A stretch of DNA of 63,148 nt, filler included, from Octopus bimaculoides (lineage: Eukaryota), in assembly GCF_001194135.2 (NCBI RefSeq). It is 4 parts of 4 records of this genome, joined end to end, with 100 filler letters (N's around TTAATTAATTAA, not from the genome) between each part and the next. Parts side by side here need not be neighbours in the genome. Positions count along the whole stretch, not along the records: positions 21,770 to 47,617 come from NC_069006.1; 3 more parts are not named here. The stretch is one strand, 5' to 3'. Position 1 is the first letter of the stretch, and the number at the start of each line of letters is the position of its first letter. A program made the position numbers and the translations under genes. This document shows, piece after piece, positions 25,187-38,384 of this stretch. Under the pieces are notes generated by a model. The model did not search any database, was not told the origin of the DNA, and saw nothing but the letters and a program-made list of their open reading frames with translations.

Positions 25187-27686
25187 AATGAAGTTCATAA
25201 GATAGTCGGTTATCTCGTTGTCATCTCTTTTCTTATTAATTACCGCTCTGTACCTGACTAATTAGTATATTTATAGTATATTTCAAAGCCTGTCAAACTG
25301 AAGCTGTTCCAGAAGCGAACGAAAACGACAGATATCGATATTTTGTGGTTATTTCTGCTCATCTTTGCTGCATAATCGATTCCCCTCGAAGCAAATCCGA
25401 ATCGCTGCGTGTGAGCGTATGTGTATCTGTACTTATGTGTGTGTATCTGTGTTGGTTCCCAACGCTGGACAGCCTGTATTGGTTTGTTTACCCCCCCCCC
25501 GTAACTTAGCGGCTCGCTATAAAAGAAGCGGATAGAATAAGATCCAGACTTAAAACAAGTACAAAGGTCGGTTCATTCGCAGCTACACCTGCAAGGCAGT
25601 GCTCCAGCAAGGCCGCAATCCTATGACTAGAACAAGTAAAATGAGAAAAGGGTGAAAAGTGTAAACCAGTAATTTTTTTTTTTTCATTTAATCCCTAAAT
25701 GAAACTCGAAATCATAAAGATTGAATGCTAATGTCTTTGCTGCCCAGCCCCATTGGTCAGGGGTCAGTGTTTAGTTGACCGAAGAAATAGAAGACAAAGG
25801 ATCAAACAGAAGACCCTTAAAACCGCCCTCCTCTACCTGCAATCCAACTTCCTTTGAACGGTCCGTATACATTTAGTCAATGCTAACGCTGAAATGTAAA
25901 TAAATGTCTTATTTAAGGGACGGTTGGAATTTTAAGGGCTGACCCCTCTACCCGACTTTTATGACCTTTATAACAACATACGTTTAATTTATGTCTTTAC
26001 AACTAAACAAACGATCGAGGCAAATGGGAAGAAGTTACGTTTACCTGCTCATTTGACTTGCTAGAAGTAGCAGCCAAATATCCATCAAGTCACACACTAA
26101 CCGTTTTCCAAAAACTGACATATTGCCTCATGTAATCCTAGATGCAATGTGTCTGAAAAGCGAAAACAAAAAAAAACAAAAAAGACGGGATGGCCACATT
26201 TGGAATATCTACGGTATTGTGCGACTGCAGTGCATACGCTGACATTAGAGCTACGTGACTGCCAAGTGATTGAATTTGGTAGACGGAAACTGTGTGGAAG
26301 CCTGTCCGCTTGACAACCGGTGTTGGGTTGTTTACGCACCCTAACTTAGCGGTTCGCCATATAGAGTCCGACAGAATATGTACCAGACTAAAAAGAAAAA
26401 CAATAAATCATCTTGTTCGACTAAAACCCTTCAACCTGATGGGCCCCAGCATGGCCACAGTCCAACGACTGAAACAAATTAAAAGATGAAAAGACTTGCG
26501 GCATATAAACCGAACGCCTCTGCGGTTCACTTGAGGGTCGTTCCCGGCTCCTTCATTCTGTTACCGACCTCCCCCTCCCCCCACCTCACATAGAGGTTCC
26601 CTTGAGAGTATTTCTTTCATTAAATGCGTCCGATTGTGTCGTTCGCTCTCCGGCGTTCGTTATTCGAGTGTATCAATTTCACAGCTGTTGGTTCGGTACA
26701 TATGGATTAACAAGAGTTATTAACTATAAAAATAAGTCGTTTTGCCCTGGGAAATAGAGAAACTCTTTCATTTACAATCGATGTCATGCAGTTAGTTTTT
26801 GCTATTGTTCAAATTATTGTTGTTGCTGTTATTGTTGTTGTTCTTGCTTTGTGACGTTTAAGAGAAGGAGTATGGACTCTAATATCAGTGGTATGAAGGC
26901 TTTGTTTCTTTTAATCTATTTTATTGATAGATACACGTTCACACACATTTACACACACACACAACACACCTTCGTTCGACTCCATTTGAGCGGTGTATTA
27001 GTTAAGCATTAGTGTTACAGTGAATACGATCTATTCATCTCGACCACATAACTACTTCTAACAACACCTCGTTAATATAAATAAAGAACATTTAGCGAAT
27101 CGATAGAGTAGCGTGGCAGACATTTTGTTTGCTGATTGTTAAGATTTGAAAAGCGGGAGGAGTAAGAGTAGGAGGAAGACGTAGAGTAAGAGGAGTGGTG
27201 GTAGTAGTAGTAATTGTACGAGAAAAGAACGATGATGGTGGTGGTGGTGGTATTATAAATGGCGGTAGTGGAAATGTTGGAGCGGTAACAAGTGAAGAAC
27301 AACTTTGTGAGAAGTAAGAAACAGCGGCTTAATATCTTCAACATCGAATGCAAAAATGGCGGCAAGTGAACAGCAAACATCTGGCGCGGATGTAGACAGG
27401 GGGTTAGCCTAAAGGTGGCCGTAATCGAATGGGAAAGAGGTTTGGCAGTGTCGAGGTGAGGTGACAGTCAATAAAAGGAAACATACTTCCAACGATGCAT
27501 ATAAATGTGACTGGTACATACCCGTTCACAAACTATGGAACACCTTCCCGAGACGAGTCAACAACGGAGCCGCTACGTAGTCAGACATGCTAGAAATAGC
27601 AACTCAATGTTCTTCAAATCACACTCTTCCGTCTTATGAAGAGGATATACAACAGTAACAGCGAGCCAATGAGGGAGCCTCAACGT

Positions 27687-28078
27687 CAGTGGTTCTCAAC
27701 CGGGGTCCACATGACCCCTGGAGTGGGGTCCATATAAAATTTTGTTAAAATTTATCTGCAATAAATTGGTTATACAGGGTGATTCAAGAGTCACCAAACA
27801 TACGAAAAAAATTTGTTTTAATAAGAAACAGTTAAATAAAAAAAAAATGTTTCTTATAAAAAAAATAAATTGATTGTTCTTATGTATGGCGACTTTTGAA
27901 TCACCCTGTACTTCTACAGCACTCAAAATATTTCAATTAAAAAAAAAAAATTCTATTCTTAATATTTAATTATAAGAGTATAATGGAATATTTTTAAACA
28001 TCGAATGGGCATGAGGGCCCACCCGAATAAAATAGCAATCAAAGGGGTCTACAAGTAGAAAATGGTTTGGAACCATTC
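27687..28078 (+). mobile_element. hAT-type MITE (cagtggttctcaacc ... ggtttggaaccatt) carrying a nested mariner-type MITE
   Basis: Terminal inverted repeats, ggggtcc subterminal motifs; relatives at about 18270-18341 and 58519-58635. Confidence 0.7.
27775..27908. mobile_element. 134-bp Tc1/mariner-type MITE with TA target duplication
   Basis: 28-bp TIRs cagggtgattcaagagtcaccaaacata / revcomp cagggtgattcaaaagtcgccatacata; TA at 27773-74 and 27909-10. Confidence 0.85.
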
Positions 28079-28370
28079 TTTTTTTTTTTTTTTCTTTTTT
28101 AGCAGTGCCCTCATCCTTTTAAATAGTTATCACACTTAACGGTCACCAAAGCGACGTGTGAGGAATCTCGACAAAACTAACCTAACANNNNNNNNNNNNN
28201 NNNNNNNNNNNNNNNNNNNNNNNNNNNNNNNNNNNNNNNNNNNNNNNNNNNNNNNNNNNNNNNNNNNNNNNNNNNNNNNNNNNNNNNNNNNNNNNNNNNN
28301 NNNNNNNNNNNNNNNNNNNNNNNNNNNNNNNNNNNNNNNNNNNNNNNNNNNNNNNNNNNNNNNNNNNNNN

Positions 28371-28409
<39 letters not shown>

Positions 28410-28420
28410 CATACACATAA

Positions 28421-28580
28421 TGGGCTTCTTTTAGTTTCCGTCTACCAAATCCACTCACAAGGCTTTGGTTAGCCCGAGGCTATAATAGAAGACATTTACC
28501 CAAGGTGCCACGTAGTGGGACTGAACCCGGAATCACGTGGTTGGGAAGCAAGCTTCTTAACACACAGCCACGCCTGCGCC
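28421..28580 (-). mobile_element. SINE family A, near-intact copy
   Basis: ccaaggtgccacgtagtgggactgaacccggaatcacgtggttgggaagcaagcttc...cacagccacgcctgcgcc. Confidence 0.88.
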
Positions 28581-28829
28581 AATGTTAATTATGTTACCTC
28601 ACCGCCCCCTTCAACATGCCCAGTACCCCACTAGGAGCGGTACCATCCACATTGAGAACCTCACTTCTACACGATCTGAAATGCTAGAAGTAGCAACCAA
28701 ATGCTGAACCAGTTCAGCGTCCTGTCTACCTGGCTTTTTACACTTTAGCGTGCGGTCTAACCCTAACACTGACCCTAATTCTAAAACCTATCCCGAAATG
28801 CTAATCCTAACCCTATTCCTAATCCGGAT

Positions 28830-29200
28830 CAGGCTATTTCAAAACTGCCAAATGTCCCTCAAATCACACAGTTTTAGGAAGAGGTTACGCAACAACAACT
28901 GTAAGCCAGCGGGGGAGCTTTTACGTGGTTTGTAATGCTAGAAAGAGCAGCCAAATGTATCTCACTAGAAACTCCTTTTTTTAGGAAGAGGTTACACAAC
29001 TGCAGCAATATCAACGATGGAGCCTCGACGTTATATGTAATACAAAAAATAGTAACCAAATATCCCTCAAACCACATTCTTCCGTTGTAGGAAGAGCTTA
29101 CGCAACAGTAATAAGGAATAAAAGAGGGAGCCTCTACATGGTTACTCGGTATGCTAGAAATAGCAGCCAAATCTACCTCGAATCACATCCTACTATCTTA
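28830..29200 (+). repeat. Degenerate tandem array, period about 107 bp
   Basis: aggaagag(g/c)ttac at 28876, 28983 and 29089; tgctagaaa at 28936 and 29152. Confidence 0.75.
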
Positions 29201-29592
29201 GAAACAGAAACACGTTGAGTAATGAGATCTTGAGTTCCAATTACGCAACGTGGGAATAAATTTTATAAATGCTCATGGGCGTTGTCCTTTGACTCAGCCA
29301 AATAAATACACACATACACACACACACTCACTCAACCAGTTGTTACCAATGTAAATCTTCTTGCTTTGCGAATCAGCATTATTGATGGTGACGTCAGGTG
29401 GCGTAGTTTATATCTCAATAGTAAAGAGGCTTAAATTTCAAAGCCTCAGTCCTGTTTAGTCGTAATTAGGAACCACAATCGAATCAATGAAGGGACATTT
29501 TAAATCGGTTAACTTGATTTATTTGGATGGAAATAGCAACCGAATCTTCATTAAACCTCTCATTAAGACAGAGGAACTTATTTCATAATGAG

Positions 29593-29745
29593 TGTAGAAA
29601 AACGTTTGCTTCCGAGTCACATGGTTCTGGGTTCAGTCCTACTGCGTGACACCTTATGCAAGCGTCTTCTATTATAAGCTTCGGGCCCTTTAAAGCCATG
29701 TGAGTGGATTTGGTAGACGGAAACTGAAAGAAGCCCGTCTTGTGT
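29593..29745 (+). mobile_element. SINE family A
   Basis: cacatggttctgggttcagtcctactgcgtgacacc...gatttggtagacggaaactgaaagaagcccgtc. Confidence 0.85.
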
Positions 29746-29750
29746 GTGTA

Positions 29751-29806
<56 letters not shown>

Positions 29807-32103
29807 ATATATATAAACGCTAATATCGAACAATGAAAATGTGTATTCAAAGCCAGATTGGCGGATAAATATTCTTTGGGTTAACAAAGCTACCAATGAT
29901 TTAATGGAAAAAGAAAAATAAGAGATCCCTGAGATCCCTCTTAAAAATAAGATAAATAAGACAAACACAAGGCTCTGCAGAGAACGAATTAGAGATGTAA
30001 CGCAATAAAATAAGTAATGGGTAAGTGAAAGCAGTTGCTATGCTAAGAAAAGTGAAAGAGAGAGAAAGAATAATAAAAAGAAGTGTGGCTTATATCGACA
30101 AGTAAGTAGGAGTTTGGTGGAAGAGGAGAAGGAGGAGAAGGAGGACGAGAGATACAGAGAAATAGCTAGTAGTTAATTGACAAGAGAGACATGCATTCAG
30201 GTGAGTAGAATGTGAAATATAGTTAGCAAGAGAGAGATAGTGCGAATAAGAGGAAAACGTTTAAAGAAAGAAAATGGAGATCTACAATGCTGAGGTGAAA
30301 TAGTGAGATTAAGTGATAACAGAGGTGACAGAGAGTGAGAGAATGATAGAGAGAGGGAGAGAGAGAAAGAGAGAGGGATTCACCTACGCTGTTGAAATGT
30401 GTGTATGGGTGTGTACGTGGAGAACGATTGGAAGCCGTTTGTAAATGAAGAGGTGAAAGTAGATTTTGGGAAACCTAAAGTCATACACCTGCACTTACAT
30501 ATGCAGAGAGAGAGGGGGGGGGTGAGGGGGAGGCAAAAAGAAAGAGAAGAAGTAAGGAATTGTGGAAGTCAAGAAATAATAATGAAAGAGAATGAGACAA
30601 CTTTTCAAATACACCGGCAGGTAATTGCAAGTCAATCAGTCGAAGAAGCTATCAATAACGGAGAAACTGGTCGTCTTCGAACTGGAGAAAGAAGACGAGG
30701 ATTAGTAGGAGANNNNNNNNNNNNNNNNNNNNNNNNNNNNNNNNNNNNNNNNNNNNNNNNNNNNNNNNNNNNNNNNNNNNNNNNNNNNNNNNNNNNNNNN
30801 NNNNNNNNNNNNNNNNNNNNNNNNNNNNNNNNNNNNNNNNNNNNNNNNNNNNNNNNNNNNNNNNNNNNNNNNNNNNNNNNNNNNNNNNNNNNNNNNNNNN
30901 NNNNNNNNNNNNNNNNNNNNNNNNNNNNNNNNNNNNNNNNNNNNNNNNNNNNNNNNNNNNNNNNNNNNNNNNNNNNNNNNNNNNNNNNNNNNNNNNNNNN
31001 NNNNNNNNNNNNNNNNNNNNNNNNNNNNNNNNNNNNNNNNNNNNNNNNNNNNNNNNNNNNNNNNNNNNNNNNNNNNNNNNNNNNNNNNNNNNNNNNNNNN
31101 NNNNNNNNNNNNNNNNNNNNNNNNNNNNNNNNNNNNNNNNNNNNNNNNNNNNNNNNNNNNNNNNNNNNNNNNNNNNNNNNNNNNNNNNNNNNNNNNNNNN
31201 NNNNNNNNNNNNNNNNNNNNNNNNNNNNNNNNNNNNNNNNNNNNNNNNNNNNNNNNNNNNNNNNNNNNNNNNNNNNNNNNNNNNNNNNNNNNNNNNNNNN
31301 NNNNNNNNNNNNNNNNNNNNNNNNNNNNNNNNNNNNNNNNNNNNNNNNNNNNNNNNNNNNNNNNNNNNNNNNNNNNNNNNNNNNNNNNNNNNNNNNNNNN
31401 NNNNNNNNNNNNNNNNNNNNNNNNNNNNNNNNNNNNNNNNNNNNNNNNNNNNNNNNNNNNNNNNNNNNNNNNNNNNNNNNCAATGGAATAAATGTGTATG
31501 GTGTATATATTTGCGTATATATATATATATATATATATACAGATACATACATACATTCGTACGTACATGCATACATACATACGTATGTATGTATGTATGA
31601 CAGTATACTTATAGTTGCAAGTAAATGAGTATAGAATCATTTATACCTCCATATAAGTGTGTATATATAAGTGCTTGTGTGTATGTGTGTGCATATACCT
31701 ATATATATATATTAAACGGATCTCTATCGGTTTCGATGACGAACAACTCAATTATTCAGTCAACTCAACTCCCTACCAACTGAATTTTATGAAGTGGCCG
31801 AGTGCTTAGTAGATACTTATTTTCCTAATATGATCCAGCATTGAAATCAGTGTGACGCTTTGGCGAAGGTGGTCCTTTGAAATACAGGGAGAATCCATCC
31901 GTCACTAGCGAACAGTTTCTATATACCCTATTTTCGCTCTCAGTACTTGGGTTGGCCGAAGCCTGTGGCGAAAGGTACTCAGAATGCCAGGTAGTGGGAT
32001 TGAAACGGAGATTCGAGAGTTTGAAACGAATTGCTTAATCATTCATCCATGTGTTTCCCTCTCTGTCTCTCTCTCTCTGATAGATAGATAGATAGATCGA
32101 TAG

Positions 32104-32151
<48 letters not shown>

Positions 32152-32680
32152 NNNNNNNNNNNNNNNNNNNNNNNNNNNNNNNNNNNNNNNNNNNNNNNNN
32201 NNNNNNNNNNNNNNNNNNNNNNNNNNNNNNNNNNNNNNNNNNNNNNNNNNNNNNNNNNNNNNNNNNNNNNNNNNNNNNNNNNNNNNNNNNNNNNNNNNNN
32301 NNNNNNNNNNNNNNNNNNNNNNNNNNNNNNNNNNNNNNNNNNNNNNNNNNNNNNNNNNNNNNNNNNNNNNNNNNNNNNNNNNNNNNNNNNNNNNNNNNNN
32401 NNNNNNNNNNNNNNNNNNNNNNNNNNNNNNNNNNNNNNNNNNNNNNNNNNNNNNNNNNNNNNNNNNNNNNNNNNNNNNNNNNNNNNNNNNNNNNNNNNNN
32501 NNNNNNNNNNNNNNNNNNNNNNNNNNNNNNNNNNNNNNNNNNNNNNNNNNNNNNNNNNNNNNNNNNNNNNNNNNNNNNNNNATATATATACACACATATA
32601 TATACACACATATATATATATATGTATGTATACATGCATATATATGTATACACACATATATGTGTGTGTGTGTGTGTACA

Positions 32681-32726
<46 letters not shown>

Positions 32727-33094
32727 GACAAGTATACATACCATACACACAAATATTCCATTGATCCCTGAAGGAAAATCAATTACTAAGTGAAGTGTGT
32801 TGTTTTTGGTTAGAACTGATTGTGTTAGCGGGGAGGAGTGTGAGGAGGTGAGAGTGTGCAAGGTGGTGGTTATATTTGGTGGAGGGGAGTAGGAGGAGGA
32901 GTAGGAGGAGGGGGAGGAGAGAGTGAGGTAGCGGTTGTAGTGAGTGGGGGTGATGTCGAAGTGGAGGTGGTGATGGTTGTGTTAATGGTGAGGCGCAGAG
33001 GAGATAAAGAATTTGGCCTGAACGTTGCATTGGAGGTGAAATAGAGGTAGAATGGCTAGGATGGCTTATAGGTAAGCAGGTAAATACATTAGTG

Positions 33095-33690
33095 GGCGAA
33101 TGGCTAAATGGTTAGGGTATTCTGCTCCCGATCGTGAGACCATGATTTCGATTCCTGGTGGTACGTTGAGTTCTTGAGCGAGACACTTTACTTCATGTTC
33201 CTCCAGTTCACTCGGCTGGCAAAAATATGTAGGACCTAGAATTCAAAGGGCCACCCTTGTCACATTCTATGTCACGCTGAATCTCCCCGAGAACTACGTT
33301 AAGGGCATGCCCGTTGCACTATTCAATGGTGTGCCCTCATACTTAGAAAATACAGTTAACAAAAATCTTCCTGCAATACATTTCTTGAAGTTTGACTAAC
33401 ATGCCAGTTGCTAAGGGGTACCCTGGACAGCACAGGCCCCCTCACTATTCAATGGTGCACCCTCACATTTAAAAATTACAGTTAAAAAATACAAAAATTT
33501 TCCCACAGTACAAATTAGTGCTCACCTAGAATATTCTGAAGCACCTCCAGGCAACAAAGTCTGGCGATGGGCCTCATTAAGGGCAGGAGCGTTTGTGAAG
33601 GGCTCAGTCACTTGCATGTTAATTTCACGATCAGGTTGTTCCGTTGATCCGATCAACTGGAATACTCGTCGTCGTAATCGACGGAGCACC
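33095..33690 (+). mobile_element. SINE family B interrupted by a hAT MITE
   Basis: Both halves are colinear with the 24005 and 54904 copies once 33306-33575 is removed. Confidence 0.8.
33306..33575. mobile_element. hAT-type MITE inserted into a SINE
   Basis: 8-bp TSD gttaaggg (33298-33305) / attaaggg (33576-33583); about 12-bp imperfect TIR catgcccgttgc / gcgatgggcctc; internal repeat cactattcaatggtg twice. Confidence 0.7.
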
Positions 33691-34022
33691 AGTAAAGTAA
33701 AAAAAGAGACAAATGTATGTAGGTTAGTCGGGTGGGAGAACGTACGGTGGTGTGTAGGCGACTGTTTACCGGGTGGACAAGAAGATAGCTTGGGTTGTAG
33801 CGAGATGAAGCTTGAAGGTGAGTACTGAGGTAGAAGTGTGAGACAGGCCCCAAGAAGGTGAGGTACAGATGAACTGCGGCCATGTTGGAGCACCGCCTTG
33901 CAGGGATTTTAGTTGAACGAATTGACTCTAGTATTTATTTTCTGTTTGTCTGTTTGGAAAGCCTGGTACTTATGGTGTCAGTCTCTTTTGCCGGACCGCA
34001 AAGTAAATGAAAGAAACCCGTC

Positions 34023-34066
<44 letters not shown>

Positions 34067-34266
34067 ATGTATGCATGTATGTTTGTGTGTTTGTATTCCA
34101 CTTCACAACTGGTATTCGTTTGTTTACCTCCCCGTTACTTCCATAGAAAGAGTACTTCAAATATGTCAGCCATCTTGGAAATATATGAAGAACAAACTTT
34201 GTTGAATGTTCTCTCTCACAGCTTAACTCTGTGCAAAATATATAGTACCTACATTATAATACATAC

Positions 34267-34306
<40 letters not shown>

Positions 34307-35247
34307 CATACACACACGCATATACATGTACATATATAAATATATGAATACATGTAATTAGTTATANNNNNNNNNNNNNNNNNNNNNNNNNNNNNNNNNN
34401 NNNNNNNNNNNNNNNNNNNNNNNNNNNNNNNNNNNNNNNNNNNNNNNNNNNNNNNNNNNNNNNNNNNNNNNNNNNNNNNNNNNNNNNNNNNNNNNNNNNN
34501 NNNNNNNNNNNNNNNNNNNNNNNNNNNNNNNNNNNNNNNNNNNNNNNNNNNNNNNNNNNNNNNNNNNNNNNNNNNNNNNNNNNNNNNNNNNNNNNNNNNN
34601 NNNNNNNNNNNNNNNNNNNNNNNNNNNNNNNNNNNNNNNNNNNNNNNNNNNNNNNNNNNNNNNNNNNNNNNNNNNNNNNNNNNNNNNNNNNNNNNNNNNN
34701 NNNNNNNNNNNNNNNNNNNNNNNNNNNNNNNNNNNNNNNNNNNNNNNNNNNNNNNNNNNNNNNNNNNNNNNNNNNNNNNNNNNNNNNNNNNNNNNNNNNN
34801 NNNNNNNNNNNNNNNNNNNNNNNNNNNNNNNNNNNNNNNNNNNNNNNNNNNNNNNNNNNNNNNNNNNNNNNNNNNNNNNNNNNNNNNNNNNNNNNNNNNN
34901 NNNNNNNNNNNNNNNNNNNNNNNNNNNNNNNNNNNNNNNNNNNNNNNNNNNNNNNNNNNNNNNNNNNNNNNNNNNNNNNNNNNNNNNNNNNNNNNNNNNN
35001 NNNNNNNNNNNNNNNNNNNNNNNNNNNNNNNNNNNNNNNNNNNNNNNNNNNNNNNNNNNNNNNNNNNNNNNNNNNNNNNNNNNNNNNNNNNNNNNNNNNN
35101 NNNNNNNNNNNNNNNNNNNNNNNNNNNNNNNNNNNNNNNNNNNNNNNNNNNNNNNNNNNNNNNNNNNNNNNNNNNNNNNNNNNNNNNNNNNNNNNNNNNN
35201 NNNNNNNNNNNNNNNNNNNNNNNNNNNNNNNNNNNNNNNNNNNNNNN

Positions 35248-35332
35248 CTATATAGTAATGCCTCACGCTTAGAGGGACTAAATAAGTCAAAAACTTATTT
35301 AGTCCCTGTAAGCGTGAGGCATTACTATATAG
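35248..35332. repeat. 85-bp near-perfect inverted repeat (40-bp arms, 5-nt loop)
   Basis: 35248-35287 is the reverse complement of 35293-35332 with one G/G mismatch (35272/35308). Confidence 0.97.
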
Positions 35333-35443
35333 TTAATGCCCTTATATAAATTATATATATTTATGGGAAAAAAACGATGAGTTTTTTTCCTTATGGGGTC
35401 TTTTCACGCTGACTACTTGATAAATTCTTATAAAGATTTTATC

Positions 35444-35485
<42 letters not shown>

Positions 35486-35891
35486 CACGTGTATGATACA
35501 TGCATGCATAGACACAAGTATATATACATGCAAATACATATACACATATATGCATATGTACATACACACAGACACATATCTATCTATCTATCTAACTATC
35601 TCTCTCTCCCTATATATATATTTATATATACGCGCAAACAGATATATACATATATGTATATTTATATATAGATATGTATATATATGTGTGTATGTATGTA
35701 TATATATATATATATATGCACGATCATCTCATCTGTTAACTATTAGGTGATTCTTTCCAATTTTTTTTTTTTTTTGGTTTTCGTTCATTTCAGTTCAACC
35801 AACTAAAAATATGTACACAATGTTACGCACGCAAACACACGCACGCACATTCACACGCATGCAAGCACATATATAAAGACATGTTTGCGAC

Positions 35892-35933
<42 letters not shown>

Positions 35934-36315
35934 TACATACAAGTATACATACGTACACACAAACTTACATACCCACATATATACAAACATCTGTACACAC
36001 ACACACACACACACACACACATACTCGGGGACTATAATGACCAAAGGAAAAGAATGCTATGTGCATATCTATATGCGTATAAGCGCGATTGTATAAGTAT
36101 ATATATATATATACATGCATAGTTATGTAAGTAGAAATTTGTGTAAAATATACGTAATTTGATGTTCATGCATATGTATGCATATAAAACTCAAACACAC
36201 ACACACACACACACAAATTCTTCAGAAACATACACAATACACGCAAAGCATAAAACACACATACACAAATAAAACACCTCTCTCTCTAACTTACATATAT
36301 ATGTATATATATATA

Positions 36316-36380
<65 letters not shown>

Positions 36381-37861
36381 NNNNNNNNNNAGAGAGAGAG
36401 AGAGAGAGAAAGAGAAAGAGAGAGAGAGAGACTGTGTGTGTGTGTGTGTGTATGTGTTTTTATTATGTGTGTATGTATACACATACACACACCATAAACA
36501 AACATATCACAATAAGTCCTTGGAGTGTTGAATGTAATTTTGTCTTTAGAAATTTATCAAGCTCAATTTCAACACACCATTCCACCCTGAGCTTCCCCTA
36601 CTCACTTCCTCCACCTATACTTCTATCTCTCTCTCTTTTCTATCTCTCTTTCTCTTTTCCCTCTCTCTCTCTCTCTCTCCCATGTATTCTCCGCCCCAAC
36701 TCCACCCTCCCTGACTGGTGCTGAGACCGAAATTGTTTGTTGTGTTTAGAGAATGTTCTCGAATTCTTTGATCCTATTCACGTAGAAAGTGACGAACATT
36801 CTTCCACTTATTATCTTTTCTTCAGAATTTGATATTCTGTTTTGAGTTACCAACCAACCGACCGACCGACATTGTAGCAACACTACATAAACAAAGGAAA
36901 TAGTCATGCACTTGCATAGTATACACATACATATATATAGATATGTACACACATACACACACACACACAGACACACACACATATATAGACATACATGATA
37001 TATGTACGTATATGCGCATACATATATGTACCTATACACACATATACATATATGTAAGTATATACACATACATAAATATATGTATGTATGTATATGCACA
37101 TACATATATGTATGTATATACACATGCATACATATATCGAAATAAGCAACAAGGATATCCAAAGGTAGTGCAGTACGATCGTTTCAAGCAACTCCATTTA
37201 ATTGAACAATGCAATCATTACATCAATTTAAATGCAGGGCAATCCTCAGCTGCATAAAGACATAGAATTCAATTAAATTAAAAGAGATGGACACATTAGT
37301 ATAATTTTACCTAAAATCTCCATGAAGGTAAAGAGATAGACATGCTGTCTTCACTTCAGCTTAGAAGCTACTAAGGTATCAGGAAGAAAGACTTGTTACA
37401 GATTTTGCTCGTCACTGTTTTATGAGGTCAGTTTTAATTTATAGACTAGCTTATCAAATCTTTGTATATCTAAGGCCAAAAGTGCAAGGAGCATTTAAAT
37501 TGGAGAAAACAAAAAAAATTAAGTGAAATATTTTGTAAATATTTCCATAGTCTTCAAATAGTATGTCTCTCTCTTCCTTTGTGAAAGGTAGGTAGGTAGG
37601 TAGGTAGTAGTAAATCTAAGAGAACAGTTTTATGAGTACAGAGAAATGATGATTTAAGCAGAAGCAGCCGAGGGAGAAGAAGAGAAAGAAGGAGGAGGAG
37701 ATGAACAAGGAAGAGAAGTAGGAGTTGGGCAAAAAGAGAATGTAGGAGAAAGAAAAGAAAAATACAGGAGTATTGTGACAGTAAATTTTCGTGGAATCTT
37801 TAATGGTCAAATGACCTAAAAGTGACCTGTTGTGGTCATAGCTGTAATGTTTGGAATTGTT

Positions 37862-37993
37862 CTAAATTCCTGCAGTAGTTTCATCTGTGGTGGAAGCATT
37901 CAAAGGAGGTTTATATTTTGCGATAATATATGCTTCTTTGCTAATGCGCTGATTATATGTTGCTTTGTCCCTGATTTTATAGAAGGGAAAAAT
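37862..37993 (-). mobile_element. Penelope-like GIY-YIG endonuclease C-terminal relic
   Basis: IFPFYKIRDKATYNQRISKEAYIIAKYKPPLN...*, resembling the PLE C-terminal IFPFY...R..KE.Y.I.K.KP.LN pattern. Confidence 0.65.
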
Positions 37994-38201
37994 TGTGTCA
38001 CTGGTGACGAATCTAGATAGATTCGCAGCCAGGAGAACAACATTCTCATATATATATACATATATATATATATATATTAGATATGTGTATGTGCGTGTAT
38101 ATTATATATACGCAAATCGACCACTTATTCTATCGGTCTCTTTTCCGAACCGCTAAGTTACGGGGACGTAAACACAACAACATCGGTTGTCAGGCGATGC
38201 T

Positions 38202-38244
<43 letters not shown>

Positions 38245-38347
38245 TACATATATATATGGGAGAATATACAAATAATAACAACAGACGAGGACAGGTGGTG
38301 TAAATAACAAAAGTATATATTAGTATGACGCTCGGGAATACGGAAAG

Positions 38348-38384
38348 TCTTTGACGTTTCGAGCTACGCTCTTCAACAGAAAGA
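38348..38384 (-). ncRNA. 37-nt minimal type I hammerhead ribozyme motif (family 2; A6U)
   Basis: UCUUU-CUGUUGA-A-GAGC(GUA)GCUC-GAAAC-GUC-AAAGA; stems I and II perfect, palindromic ACGU helix III, GUC cleavage triplet; core A6 replaced by U. Confidence 0.7.

Noticed and set aside
28745-28822. Telomere-like (CCCTAA/CCTAA) run
   Set aside because: Short, degenerate and internal; better explained as part of a repeat element than a fusion site.
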